Shown piece after piece: positions 6,032 through 14,610 of a DNA stretch of 20,000 bases (positions are counted from its first letter, which is position 1; every line of letters begins with the position of its first letter). The DNA is from an uncultured virus (IMG/VR IMGVR_UViG_3300031595_000004) (taxonomy: Duplodnaviria; Heunggongvirae; Uroviricota; Caudoviricetes), in the IMG/VR virus record IMGVR_UViG_3300031595_000004. One strand, 5' to 3'. The position numbers were made by a program, and so were the translations under genes. The notes beneath the pieces are model-generated. The model saw nothing but the letters and a program-made list of their open reading frames with translations, had not been told where the DNA came from and did no database searches.

Positions 6032-8289
6032 GACTCTCCTATCACTTTCCGTCTGGAGACCCATGCCGCATCTGTAAACGCCCCGCTTCTTCCCACCGTA
6101 TTACCCACGCCTCCGAGGGAAATCCTTGCGCGCGATGCGGCTACGGAGCGGGATATCACACGAGCATTGCGAAACGAGTATTGAGCGACAAAGAATCACC
6201 CCAAAACGAATACCTCGGCATCGACGGAGAGGGACAGGGGCGAGAGGACCACCGCTATATCTTTCTTGCCGTAAGCAGTAGTGACGGCACGCAAAGGTGG
6301 TCTATCGACGGCAAAGTAGAATCGGAGACCGACAAGCGAAGAGTGCGTCTCACGACCAAGGAATCGCTCGATTTCATTCTTTCAATTCCTAAGACCAAAC
6401 GTACCAAAATCTTCGCATACGCCTTTCAGTACGATCTCACCAAGATTTTGACCGACGTCGACACTCGGTCCTTGTACCGGCTCTTTAGACCTGAAACGAG
6501 AAAACGCCGACCTGACGATACGCGCAAGGGCCTTATACCTATCTACTGGCACGGATACGTCATCAATCTTCAGGCGAGCAAGTTTACGGTCAAAAAGGGC
6601 CCAAGACGCGCGACCATTTGGGATATCTTCAAGTTCTTTCAAGGCCGATTCGTCGCTGCCATCCAAGACTGGAAAGTCGGCACTCCCGCCTTATGGGAGC
6701 GGATGGCGCGCATGAAAGAACAGCGCGCCGACTTTGACAAGCTCGATTGGGACAGTGTCAAGGAATACTGCTACGAAGAATGCGCCTCGATGGCCGCCTT
6801 GGCTCAAAAGCTCACCGAGGCTCACGAGAAGGCTGGACTCAAACTCAAGAATTATTACGGAGCCGGCTCAAGCGCCGAAGCGATGCTCACTGTAATGGGG
6901 ATAAAAGCGCGCCTGAGACCATGTCCAGAAGAACTAAAGGACGTTGCCCAGCGCGCCTTTTTCGGCGGTCGGTTCGAGAATTCAGTCTTGGGGACTATTT
7001 CAGGCACTCTCTACGGATACGATATCTCGAGCGCGTACCCGTACGAGCTATGCTTTTTGCCATGTCTCGAACACGGGAGATGGCAGTGGACTCTGGAGCG
7101 AAAGGATCTAGAAGGTCCCCACGTCACTTGCGCTTTGGTACAATATAAGTTGGGTAGAATAAAAAAGGAGGCAGGGCTGGCAACCGGACACTGGGGGCCA
7201 TTTCCTTTTCGTGAGAAAGACGGAAGTATTTGTTTCCCAGTCTCGTCGGGCGGAGGATGGGTGTATCGAGAAGAGTATCTCGTAGGCGAGAGACTTTTCC
7301 CCAATACGGAATTTCACGGAGCCTGGGTCTATAAAACGACGTGCGACTGCCAACCGTTCAAGAAGATTCCCGGGTACTACACCGAGCGGGTACGAATCGG
7401 AAAGGAAGGTCCGGGAATCGTCATCAAACTTGGATGCAATAGCTGCTATGGAAAGCTCGCGCAATCCGTTGGCGCCGCGCGGTTTCAATCGTGGCTTTGG
7501 GCGGGGATGATAACGAGCGGCACGCGCGCAAAGCTTTTGGAGATGGTGGGACTCGTCAAAGACCGAGCTTCAATTCTAATGATGGCGACGGACGGAATTG
7601 TTTCGAGAGAACGAATCAGGGCGCCACGTCCCAAGGACACGGGCACGTTTGACGTCGTCAAGATGAAGGACGGAAAACCGGATGGCGATCCAGTCCCGCT
7701 CGGCGGATGGGAAGAGAAAATCAATACCAAAGGGATGTTTTTCGCTCGACCTGGAATCTACTTCCCACTATCCCCAACGGCCAAAGAGGCCAGTAGCGTA
7801 CGCGGGCGGGGAGTCGGCCGGAAAGCCATCCTAGAGAACTGGCAAGACATCGTCTCCGGATACGAGCGCCTCAAAGAGGAAAAGAAACTCACCACGGGTA
7901 CGGTCAAGATATCAGAAGTGTCGCGGTTCTGCGGAGTCAAGAGTTCGATAACTCCGTCCGATAAGAACGGCAAAAAACTCTATACGCGCGCGTACGGCAA
8001 GCCTGACCCCAAACGCCCAGGCCACCAAACGCCGTCCTACGGGCAATGGATCGTGCGCCCCGTCGAGCTATCCTTCGATCCGATGCCAAAGAGGACCGCG
8101 GTCGGAGAGGCAATCCTTGGACATCTTGCAAGCAGTCTTACCGTACGGAAAGTGAGTCAGAGATTGACGAGCGCCGTGTATGAGAAAGCGCTTGACGAAG
8201 AAGGGAAACAACTCAGGGAAGCAAAAGACGAAGTCGAGGAACAACCGGACTGCGATCTATTCGAAGATGAAAACGAGAGTAATTCATGA
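6028..8289 (+). CDS. polB: family B DNA polymerase, protein-primed-like, with 3'-5' exonuclease domain
   Basis: ExoI IDGEG, ExoII FQYDL, ExoIII YCYEE, FFGGRFE, motif A YDISSAYP, motif B KLGCNSCYGKLAQ, ITSGTR, motif C variant MATDG; long insertion between motifs A and B. Confidence 0.92.
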   Translation: MRLSYHFPSGDPCRICKRPASSHRITHASEGNPCARCGYGAGYHTSIAKRVLSDKESPQNEYLGIDGEGQGREDHRYIFLAVSSSDGTQRWSIDGKVESETDKRRVRLTTKESLDFILSIPKTKRTKIFAYAFQYDLTKILTDVDTRSLYRLFRPETRKRRPDDTRKGLIPIYWHGYVINLQASKFTVKKGPRRATIWDIFKFFQGRFVAAIQDWKVGTPALWERMARMKEQRADFDKLDWDSVKEYCYEECASMAALAQKLTEAHEKAGLKLKNYYGAGSSAEAMLTVMGIKARLRPCPEELKDVAQRAFFGGRFENSVLGTISGTLYGYDISSAYPYELCFLPCLEHGRWQWTLERKDLEGPHVTCALVQYKLGRIKKEAGLATGHWGPFPFREKDGSICFPVSSGGGWVYREEYLVGERLFPNTEFHGAWVYKTTCDCQPFKKIPGYYTERVRIGKEGPGIVIKLGCNSCYGKLAQSVGAARFQSWLWAGMITSGTRAKLLEMVGLVKDRASILMMATDGIVSRERIRAPRPKDTGTFDVVKMKDGKPDGDPVPLGGWEEKINTKGMFFARPGIYFPLSPTAKEASSVRGRGVGRKAILENWQDIVSGYERLKEEKKLTTGTVKISEVSRFCGVKSSITPSDKNGKKLYTRAYGKPDPKRPGHQTPSYGQWIVRPVELSFDPMPKRTAVGEAILGHLASSLTVRKVSQRLTSAVYEKALDEEGKQLREAKDEVEEQPDCDLFEDENESNS

Positions 8290-8486
8290 ACTCAACAATC
8301 GATTGGTCCTCATTCGACAAGTACCTCGAATCCAATTGCGAATGCAGTTGCGGCGTCACATTTCAAAGTCACGCCAAAGCGGTTCGAGACGGAATAAGCT
8401 GGACGCTCGTGTCAAGAAAGCCTTGTCCGAAGTGCGGCAAAAGTAGCGGTCTTCGGTCCATTCGTTCGGACTCGGAAAACGGATAG
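8286..8486 (+). CDS. small zinc-ribbon protein
   Basis: CSCG and CPKCG; ATGA overlap with polB inside a 13-bp motif copy. Confidence 0.75.
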   Translation: MNSTIDWSSFDKYLESNCECSCGVTFQSHAKAVRDGISWTLVSRKPCPKCGKSSGLRSIRSDSENG

Positions 8487-8491
8487 TTCCT

Positions 8492-9007
8492 ATGTCCAAA
8501 GACGATAAGAAACTTCCCATCGTTTACTTCCACGTGGATGTCATATGCCACGAGTGTGCGCGGGTTACGGAATTTATCCTCGACAAGCCCATTGCATTCA
8601 AGGAAGAACTTGCCGAATGGCGGAAGAACATTCCTCTTTGTCAAGAGTGCAAATCTACTCAATCGATAACATCCGAACGTCATATCTGCTATGTGGACGG
8701 ATGCTTCGACGGAATAAAACTCAAACAAACGTGCAAACCACCACTTCATTTCTTGTGTCTCGCGCACGCGCGCTACGTGCGTAAGGAACTTATCCTTGCT
8801 CTTGCCAAAGAAAAAGCCGGCAGTCTTCGCCGTATTGCCGTACGCCACCGAACTCTCGCCGAGGTCACATTTCTTTGCTACGGAGGCGCCGTCGCCAAAC
8901 CGTATATCGAAGATGCGGAAAAATGGCGCAAGCGCGCATTCGATAACGACGAGGGAGACCCGCTCGAATATCCGCTATCCAAGTTGCCGCCACCTACGAA
9001 GGAGTAA
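8492..9007 (+). CDS. Cys/His-rich hypothetical protein (paralog of 9146-9478)
   Basis: CHEC/CQEC ribbon followed by a C..C..C..H domain ending VAKPY...AEKWR...GDPLE. Confidence 0.75.
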   Translation: MSKDDKKLPIVYFHVDVICHECARVTEFILDKPIAFKEELAEWRKNIPLCQECKSTQSITSERHICYVDGCFDGIKLKQTCKPPLHFLCLAHARYVRKELILALAKEKAGSLRRIAVRHRTLAEVTFLCYGGAVAKPYIEDAEKWRKRAFDNDEGDPLEYPLSKLPPPTKE

Positions 9008-9149
9008 GGGGGATACAGAGATGTCCACTGCCACTCCTTCCTCACGGACGGCAATTGGGAATATCAGGAAGACAGTCGACATGAGAGGGATGGGGATAAC
9101 AGTCCCATTACCAGACTTCCCACCAGAAGAAGCGGAGATTTGGTTATGA
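9008..9149 (+). pseudogene. frameshifted C-terminal remnant of a DUF6527-like gene
   Basis: One frame reads HCHSFLTDGNWEYQEDSRHE and the +1 frame continues GITVPLPDFP. Together they align with RCHLVMTEGKIHYCPDCSHDLVGQIIDLPDL of ORF 277-582. Confidence 0.55.
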
Positions 9150-9478
9150 CTCATGAATGTCACGCTCACGGTTGCAATGTTGAAGTACCTCCCAAACTCT
9201 TCATGTGTAAACCTCATTGGTATTCGCTCCGAAAGAAGATGCGAGACGCCATTTGGGATGAGTACCGCCCAGGTCAAGAGACCGATAAGAATCCTTCGGA
9301 ACGGTATATGGCAGTCCAGCAACGTGCCGTCGCCGAAGTCGCTTACCGAGAATTCGGAATATTGGTCGCCAAGCCATACAACGATAACGCAGAGCACTGG
9401 CGCGAAGTCGCCATCGTCCGAGGGATGGGGGATCCGCTCGAAGCACTTTCTAAGCGTATTGTCAAGGAAATTGCGTAG
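9146..9478 (+). CDS. Cys/His-rich phage hypothetical protein
   Basis: RBS GGAG, ATG 9146; HECHAHGC...MCKPHW...VAKPY...AEHWR...GDPLE. Confidence 0.8.
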   Translation: MTHECHAHGCNVEVPPKLFMCKPHWYSLRKKMRDAIWDEYRPGQETDKNPSERYMAVQQRAVAEVAYREFGILVAKPYNDNAEHWREVAIVRGMGDPLEALSKRIVKEIA

Positions 9479-9520
9479 CCTACATTCTACGACCTAATTC
9501 AAGAATTATTGCTCCAGTCC

Positions 9521-9549
9521 TTCACTTACTCGAAGACCGTCCGTACCAT
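9521..9549 (+). promoter_or_regulatory. promoter, CCG-TAC family
   Basis: TTCACT, 17-nt spacer ending CCG, TACCAT. Confidence 0.55.
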
Positions 9550-9557
9550 CATGCATC

Positions 9558-9776
9558 ATGCTCAAGGTCATCGTCTCCTCCACCTGGACCCTCTACAGCT
9601 CTAACCCTCCGTCCGGTGTTTCGGAAACTATCCGAGCAACCGAGGCTCCGACACAGCGCGTCTCGTCAGCGCCCACTACGCCGGCTCCCTGCGATGGCAC
9701 GGATTATGAATCCTGCAAGATGTACGCAGCCGTAGCAGTCAAGGGCGGCTTGGCTACCTACATGGCATCACAATAA
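9558..9776 (+). CDS. hypothetical protein
   Basis: 72 aa; ATG 9 nt after the -10 box (near-leaderless); stop is the TAA of the 13-bp motif. Confidence 0.55.
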   Translation: MLKVIVSSTWTLYSSNPPSGVSETIRATEAPTQRVSSAPTTPAPCDGTDYESCKMYAAVAVKGGLATYMASQ

Positions 9777-9789
9777 TTCACGCACTATC

Positions 9790-9818
9790 TTTACTTCTTC
9801 CGCGATTGGCCGTACAAG
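9790..9818 (+). promoter_or_regulatory. promoter, CCG-TAC family
   Basis: TTTACT, 17-nt spacer ending ATTGGCCG, TACAAG. Confidence 0.55.
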
Positions 9819-9834
9819 AAGAAGGGTACACACC

Positions 9835-10029
9835 ATGAAGCAAGCAGACATCAAGATCGGTCAAGTCGTTCTCACCAAGGTCGGCACTGACCTTGTGAAA
9901 GTCCGCGTGGACTCATGTTCGCTAGCTACGGCGTTTAGTAATCGTACGCGCTTCATCGTGAGCCGTCTCGATAACGGAAAGACACTCCCGAAAGCCCGGA
10001 CCGCAGCGTCACTTCGTCCAACCGGATAA
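9835..10029 (+). CDS. small basic protein (SH3/KOW-like beta barrel possible)
   Basis: MKQADIKIGQVVLTKVG..VKVRV pattern; 64 aa. Confidence 0.75.
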   Translation: MKQADIKIGQVVLTKVGTDLVKVRVDSCSLATAFSNRTRFIVSRLDNGKTLPKARTAASLRPTG

Positions 10030-10033
10030 GTCT

Positions 10034-10258
10034 ATGACCAACGAAGAGATCCAGTTCATCGTCAGCACCACCAAACTTGTGGCCGAGCGCATTCAGGCCG
10101 CGGGCGAGATTTACAGCGGTCACCTGTACGGCGACCTTTTGGACGTCATGAGTTTCGACGCCTACAAAGCCGCAGTCCACAGTCTCAAGTCCGGCGGACT
10201 CGTGACCGAGATGCCAGGACACCTGCTTGTGTGGCGGGGAATTCCGAAGGGGAAGTGA
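10034..10258 (+). CDS. small hypothetical protein (wHTH-like)
   Basis: SGHLYGDL...YKAAVHSLKSGGLV...HLLVW; 74 aa. Confidence 0.75.
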   Translation: MTNEEIQFIVSTTKLVAERIQAAGEIYSGHLYGDLLDVMSFDAYKAAVHSLKSGGLVTEMPGHLLVWRGIPKGK

Positions 10259-10262
10259 ATTC

Positions 10263-10469
10263 ATGCACGATCATCGAACCTGCGAAGACGACCAAGACGC
10301 AACAAGGATGGCCGAAACGATCCTACGTGAACTAGGGTATAACAATGTTCAGAAGGGAAGTAATAGGTACGACATACAGTTCAAGTTTTCAGAACGTCAG
10401 CTTCTCAACATCGCGCGGACCGCAGAGCGTATTGCAAGGTGGGCACGTGCAGAGATGAAAGGACGATGA
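10263..10469 (+). CDS. hypothetical protein
   Basis: ATG 10263 lies inside the motif copy GAATTCATGCACG. Confidence 0.7.
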   Translation: MHDHRTCEDDQDATRMAETILRELGYNNVQKGSNRYDIQFKFSERQLLNIARTAERIARWARAEMKGR

Positions 10470-10473
10470 GACG

Positions 10474-10713
10474 ATGAAAGTGAAACTACGGTTACAGATC
10501 AAATCGATGCATCGCGAGAACGAAAACCTGGCCCCAGACGCGATCATGGTCGTCGTTCACGCTTCCGGTGACGGTGTAGCAGTCACGGACGTACCGAGAG
10601 CGAAGGAATCGCGGGCGGAGATAGCTCTTCGTTTGAAACCACACGTCGCGGATGCGCTTCAGTTTGTTGGACAGTATCTTTTCGTTACGGTCTCAACCGA
10701 AGAAGAAGGATGA
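10474..10713 (+). CDS. hypothetical protein
   Basis: 79 aa, in operon. Confidence 0.7.
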   Translation: MKVKLRLQIKSMHRENENLAPDAIMVVVHASGDGVAVTDVPRAKESRAEIALRLKPHVADALQFVGQYLFVTVSTEEEG

Positions 10714-11102
10714 TGGTTAAACGAACTCCAGAAACTTGTGTCCAGACATACAGAACCCAAGGGAAGACACCGGCCAGAATTCAAAGGAAGACACCGGCCG
10801 ACGAGTTGAAGCTAATAGTGGAAGTGCTAGGGGAAGGTAAAGAGACACGTCCAACTATCTCCGTAATCTGCTGTATGATCGCAGTAGCTTACTGTTTCCA
10901 TGACGCGCTTCTAGGTAAGTTAATCCTTATCAACATATCAACAATCTTAGTCTGTACTGGAACCTCTTGGTGGTTAATCCGTCGGTACAACCGTTCCCAC
11001 GCTAAATGGCTTCTGGCTATGGCTGCGTTCGAGAATTACAGGTCTCGCCTGACCCACACCATGCCACCTAATTCATGCACTATTCTTGGCCATGACCCTT
11101 GA
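10710..11102 (+). CDS. putative membrane protein
   Basis: Two hydrophobic segments (ISVICCMIAVAYCF; LILINISTILVCTGTSWWLI); ATGA overlap. Confidence 0.6.
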   Translation: MMVKRTPETCVQTYRTQGKTPARIQRKTPADELKLIVEVLGEGKETRPTISVICCMIAVAYCFHDALLGKLILINISTILVCTGTSWWLIRRYNRSHAKWLLAMAAFENYRSRLTHTMPPNSCTILGHDP

Positions 11103-11127
11103 TCTGGTCCACCATTGGCCGTACAAG
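11099..11127 (+). promoter_or_regulatory. promoter, CCG-TAC family
   Basis: TTGATC, 17-nt spacer ending ATTGGCCG, TACAAG; shares ATTGGCCGTACAAGAA with the 9790 promoter. Confidence 0.6.
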
Positions 11128-11147
11128 AAAGGACAGGGAGATTCATC

Positions 11148-11543
11148 ATGACCGTCAAAGCCGCCGCTCGGCGCCTCACCATCTCAGTCTTTACGCTTCT
11201 CGCGTCCATCGTCGACCTTATCGTCGCGGTCGTGCGCCTTCTGACGAGGGCCGCCGTACTAGGGGCGGAGGCGCTTGAGAAACGCCAGATCCGCACGATC
11301 AAGCTTTTGCCAGCTAAGAAGGCTTTCCCGGTAGAGACGGTGGTAGAGCCGGTGGTAGAGCCGGCGGAAGACCGCCCGGACACGAAAGCGCGCCTCAGTA
11401 CGGCTCTCGTGGGACTCGGCTTCAGACAAGCCGCGGTACGGCAGTATGTGTCGTCAGTCGAGGGGCGCGTGGCTCGGGGGGAGCCAATCGAGATGCTTAT
11501 CAAGGACGGCCTCCGGGCGCTTGTGTGTGTGAGGGCGTCGTGA
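11148..11543 (+). CDS. protein with N-terminal hydrophobic helix and RuvA C-terminal-like domain
   Basis: RBS GGGAG; TALVGLGFRQAAVRQYVSSV...IEMLIKDGLRAL resembles RuvA domain III (AL..LGY...EELIR.AL). Confidence 0.65.
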   Translation: MTVKAAARRLTISVFTLLASIVDLIVAVVRLLTRAAVLGAEALEKRQIRTIKLLPAKKAFPVETVVEPVVEPAEDRPDTKARLSTALVGLGFRQAAVRQYVSSVEGRVARGEPIEMLIKDGLRALVCVRAS

Positions 11544-11794
11544 ATACGTGTCAAACCTGCATGTTCTGGAACCGAAACGGGGAAGCTCACGAGGTCTTTA
11601 CTGAAGCAAACGATTATATGCCTGAAGAAGTGCCGCACAGGCGCTGTCTAAAAATCATTCACGGAAACGGTTCAGGTATGGGGGAATCGATGAAAGAGTC
11701 AGAAGTGGCCTGCCTTGATGGTAGCGGATACGCCGCAAGCTTATGGACTAAACCAACATTCGGTTGCAACCTATGGACTGGGGATAGAAAATGA
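11540..11794 (+). CDS. Cys-rich phage hypothetical protein
   Basis: GTGA overlap; TCQTCMFW...C...TKPTFGCNLW. Confidence 0.75.
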   Translation: MNTCQTCMFWNRNGEAHEVFTEANDYMPEEVPHRRCLKIIHGNGSGMGESMKESEVACLDGSGYAASLWTKPTFGCNLWTGDRK

Positions 11795-12099
11795 GCGCCA
11801 AGTCCGACAAGATCGAAATCGTCCAGCGTATCAATGCCGCGGTGAAGTCCGCCGGACTGCCGGACCTTCCGTTTGAGCTACTCCACAAGGCGGACGCTAT
11901 CACGCTGAATCTGTTTTATGACATGTGGCTTACAGTGGTGCGGGGGAAAATTGTGGAACGTACACCAAGTGTCATTGGAGTAAACAAGGGGACCGTTACC
12001 GCCTATTGCAGAAATTGTAACGAAGTTATTACATTTACAGGAGGCTTCCTTACGGTCGGCAATGACGGAATGGTAACCTGTTCGGATTGTAGAGGGTAG
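11791..12099 (+). CDS. hypothetical protein with C-terminal zinc ribbon
   Basis: CRNC and CSDC; ATGA overlap. Confidence 0.7.
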   Translation: MSAKSDKIEIVQRINAAVKSAGLPDLPFELLHKADAITLNLFYDMWLTVVRGKIVERTPSVIGVNKGTVTAYCRNCNEVITFTGGFLTVGNDGMVTCSDCRG

Positions 12100-12144
12100 A
12101 CTGAGGTAGGACAATAATTCACGCACTACCGGGTCGATTTCTCC

Positions 12145-12173
12145 TTTACCTTTCGCCCGCTCGGCCGTACTGT
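12145..12173 (+). promoter_or_regulatory. promoter, CCG-TAC family
   Basis: TTTACC, 17-nt spacer ending GGCCG, TACTGT, upstream of the helicase RBS AGGAG. Confidence 0.55.
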
Positions 12174-12190
12174 CTCTTCAGGAGCTAGCA

Positions 12191-14236
12191 ATGATCCGAA
12201 TCACTTCCGAATCTAGCCTCGTCGTCATCCGACCGGCGGTCTACCTGGGCGGCGACAAATTCCAGTCCTACCGGACGGCAACCGCAGGCGCCAAGTACGA
12301 TCCTGCCCGCAAGGCCCAAGTCACAGTAATTACGAAGCTTCCCGCGATTGTCGAGAAGCTCAAGGCCGCAGGGTTTGGGCTCGACATCGCGCCGGACGTT
12401 CGGGCGAGCTTGGGCGCGATTGTCGCACAAGTGAGCATGGACATTGGAGCTACCGTCGCACGGGCGGACGCGAAGGACGCGGAGCTAGCAGCACGCGGTC
12501 GAGCGCTCTATCCGTTCCAGAAGACCGGGATGACATGGCTGTCGTCGCGTCACGGTGCGCTTATGGCAGACGAGATGGGCCTGGGTAAGACTGTCCAAAC
12601 GCTTATGGCCTTGCCGGACCTCGCGCCCGTGCTCGTGGTATGTCCGGCAGTCGCAAAGGGCGTCTGGAAGCGCGAAGCCGCTCTGTGGCGCCCGGAGTAC
12701 AAGGTCACGGTCCTCTCTGGACGCGGTTCGTTTCGCTGGCCAGCAAGGGGAGAAATCGTCGTCACCAACTACGACATCTTGGGTGTCCGAGACGACACCG
12801 ACGAAAAGGAAGTGTTCGACGCCTGCCCCAAGGGACTCGTTCTTGTGGGCGACGAGATTCATGTCACCAAAAACAGCAAAGCCCTCCGCACCAAGGCGTG
12901 GCGATCCCTCGCTGTGGCCACGCAAAAGGCCGGCGGACGCGTCTGGGGTCTTTCGGGTACGCCGCTCCTCAATCGCGGTCCCGAGCTCTGGGCGGTCCTC
13001 CAATCGCTCGGACTCGCGTCCGAAGCATTCGGTACCTGGGACAAGTTCGTAGCACTCATGGGCGGATCCAAAGGCAAGTACGGCTACGTCTGGCCGCGCA
13101 CTCCGCCGGACCCCGCCAAGGTCGGCGCGGCGATCAAGCCAGTCATGGTCCGGCGCCTTCGAACGGAAGTCTTGCCGGATCTCCCCACGAAGACCTACAA
13201 CACGGTCCAAGTAGATCTCTCCAAGAAAACCGCGAAGATCTGCGATACGGCCTGGGGCCTAGTAGAGCATGCCGCCAAAGACCGCTCGGGACCCGACGAG
13301 GGCCTCTCTATCGGGGAAGTTTCAGAAGCACGCGCCGCGCTGGCACTTGCCAAAGTCGATACGCTTCTCTCGATGGTAGAAGAATTCGAGGAAGCGGAAG
13401 AGCCTATTGTCGTTTTCAGCGCACACCGCGCTCCCATCGATGAGCTTGCCAAGCGCGAAGGCTGGAAGGTTATCACGGGCGACACGCCGAACGCGGAACG
13501 ATCGGCCATCGAGGCAAGCTTTCAACGTGGAGAGCTTAAGGGCGTTGGCGGCACCGTACGAGCGGCAGGCGTCGCCATTACGCTAACGCGCGCGCACCAG
13601 GTTATTTTCGTCGATAGGGACTGGACTCCGGCTCTCAACGAGCAAGCGGAGGACCGCGTGTGCCGGATCGGCCAGGACCGAGGCGTCATCGTGACGGATC
13701 TCGTGGGCGACCATGCGCTCGACTATCGCCTCTACGAAGTTTTGGCGCGTAAAACCGCACTCATTCAGACGACCGTGGAGCAGGGTAGGCAGATGGTGCC
13801 CACTATCGTCAACCGACAGAAGACGATCGAAGAGTTAATCGAAGCGTCGAGCCTGGGCGCTCCAGAGGCGAAAAAAGCTGTACGAGACTTGGCAAGTTCC
13901 GTTGGCCTTGAGAAGGCGACAGATGCTGTCTCAGGCGCGCTACGGCGGGCGGACGAACTTGAGGCTACCAACCGTCGCTACCAACCGCGCTCGGCAACCG
14001 AAGTGTGGACCGCCGACGCTTTGCGTCACCTGGCGGACAATGATCCGGACCGCGCACTTGAACAGAACGGAGTCGGATTCAATCGGTTCGACAATGAGAT
14101 CGGGCACAAGCTCGCCACAGAGCTTGACCGTGGGCTCACGGCTAAACAGTGGGAGCTCGCGGCGAGGCTGTGCGCCAAGTATCAGGGACAGGTGGGGCAG
14201 AAGCCGAATGCTGCACAAACTACCTTGGAAGAGTAA
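12191..14236 (+). CDS. SNF2-family (HARP/SMARCAL1-like) SF2 helicase/translocase
   Basis: Q motif LYPFQ, Walker A ADEMGLGKT, VVCPA, DEIH, LSGTP, AGVAITLT, QAEDRVCRIGQ. Confidence 0.93.
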   Translation: MIRITSESSLVVIRPAVYLGGDKFQSYRTATAGAKYDPARKAQVTVITKLPAIVEKLKAAGFGLDIAPDVRASLGAIVAQVSMDIGATVARADAKDAELAARGRALYPFQKTGMTWLSSRHGALMADEMGLGKTVQTLMALPDLAPVLVVCPAVAKGVWKREAALWRPEYKVTVLSGRGSFRWPARGEIVVTNYDILGVRDDTDEKEVFDACPKGLVLVGDEIHVTKNSKALRTKAWRSLAVATQKAGGRVWGLSGTPLLNRGPELWAVLQSLGLASEAFGTWDKFVALMGGSKGKYGYVWPRTPPDPAKVGAAIKPVMVRRLRTEVLPDLPTKTYNTVQVDLSKKTAKICDTAWGLVEHAAKDRSGPDEGLSIGEVSEARAALALAKVDTLLSMVEEFEEAEEPIVVFSAHRAPIDELAKREGWKVITGDTPNAERSAIEASFQRGELKGVGGTVRAAGVAITLTRAHQVIFVDRDWTPALNEQAEDRVCRIGQDRGVIVTDLVGDHALDYRLYEVLARKTALIQTTVEQGRQMVPTIVNRQKTIEELIEASSLGAPEAKKAVRDLASSVGLEKATDAVSGALRRADELEATNRRYQPRSATEVWTADALRHLADNDPDRALEQNGVGFNRFDNEIGHKLATELDRGLTAKQWELAARLCAKYQGQVGQKPNAAQTTLEE

Positions 14237-14269
14237 ATTCACGAACTAGAGAAATGGTAGAGAAGTACA

Positions 14270-14527
14270 ATGTCTGGAGTACACATAAAGAAGCTAAAGA
14301 CGCTTCCTAGCGCGTTCGAATACGACGCGAACGACGGACCTGCCACTGTCAAGATGGAGTGGATCCGTCACCGAGGATGGTGGCTTGTAGGCGAAGACGA
14401 AGAGGATTGTCACGGCGACGAGAACTGTTCAATCGTACCAGGAAGACCAGTTTATCTCACGGGGGAAGATGGTGTGATGTACTGTATCCACCATGCGCCG
14501 GTAAAACCACCTCCAGGAGTTAAGTAA
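14270..14527 (+). CDS. hypothetical protein
   Basis: 85 aa with C..C..C..H residues; flanked on both sides by the 13-bp motif. Confidence 0.7.
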   Translation: MSGVHIKKLKTLPSAFEYDANDGPATVKMEWIRHRGWWLVGEDEEDCHGDENCSIVPGRPVYLTGEDGVMYCIHHAPVKPPPGVK

Positions 14528-14610
14528 TTCACGAACTTAGACTAATCTTTCTTCACGTTCGACCGTACCATTACATAGGGTACACAGTACCAATTCAAAG
14601 GGGAACCTCA

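Noticed and set aside
6028..8289. Calling the element a pipolin or casposon
   Set aside because: No integrase, Cas1 or att site in the window; motif C similarity alone is insufficient.
10762..10799. Direct repeat GGAAGACACCGGCC x2, 24-bp period
   Set aside because: Small in-frame duplication inside a CDS with no evidence of a wider role.
12485..13509. Long alternative and antisense ORFs inside the helicase
   Set aside because: Expected in GC-rich coding DNA; no motifs or RBS.
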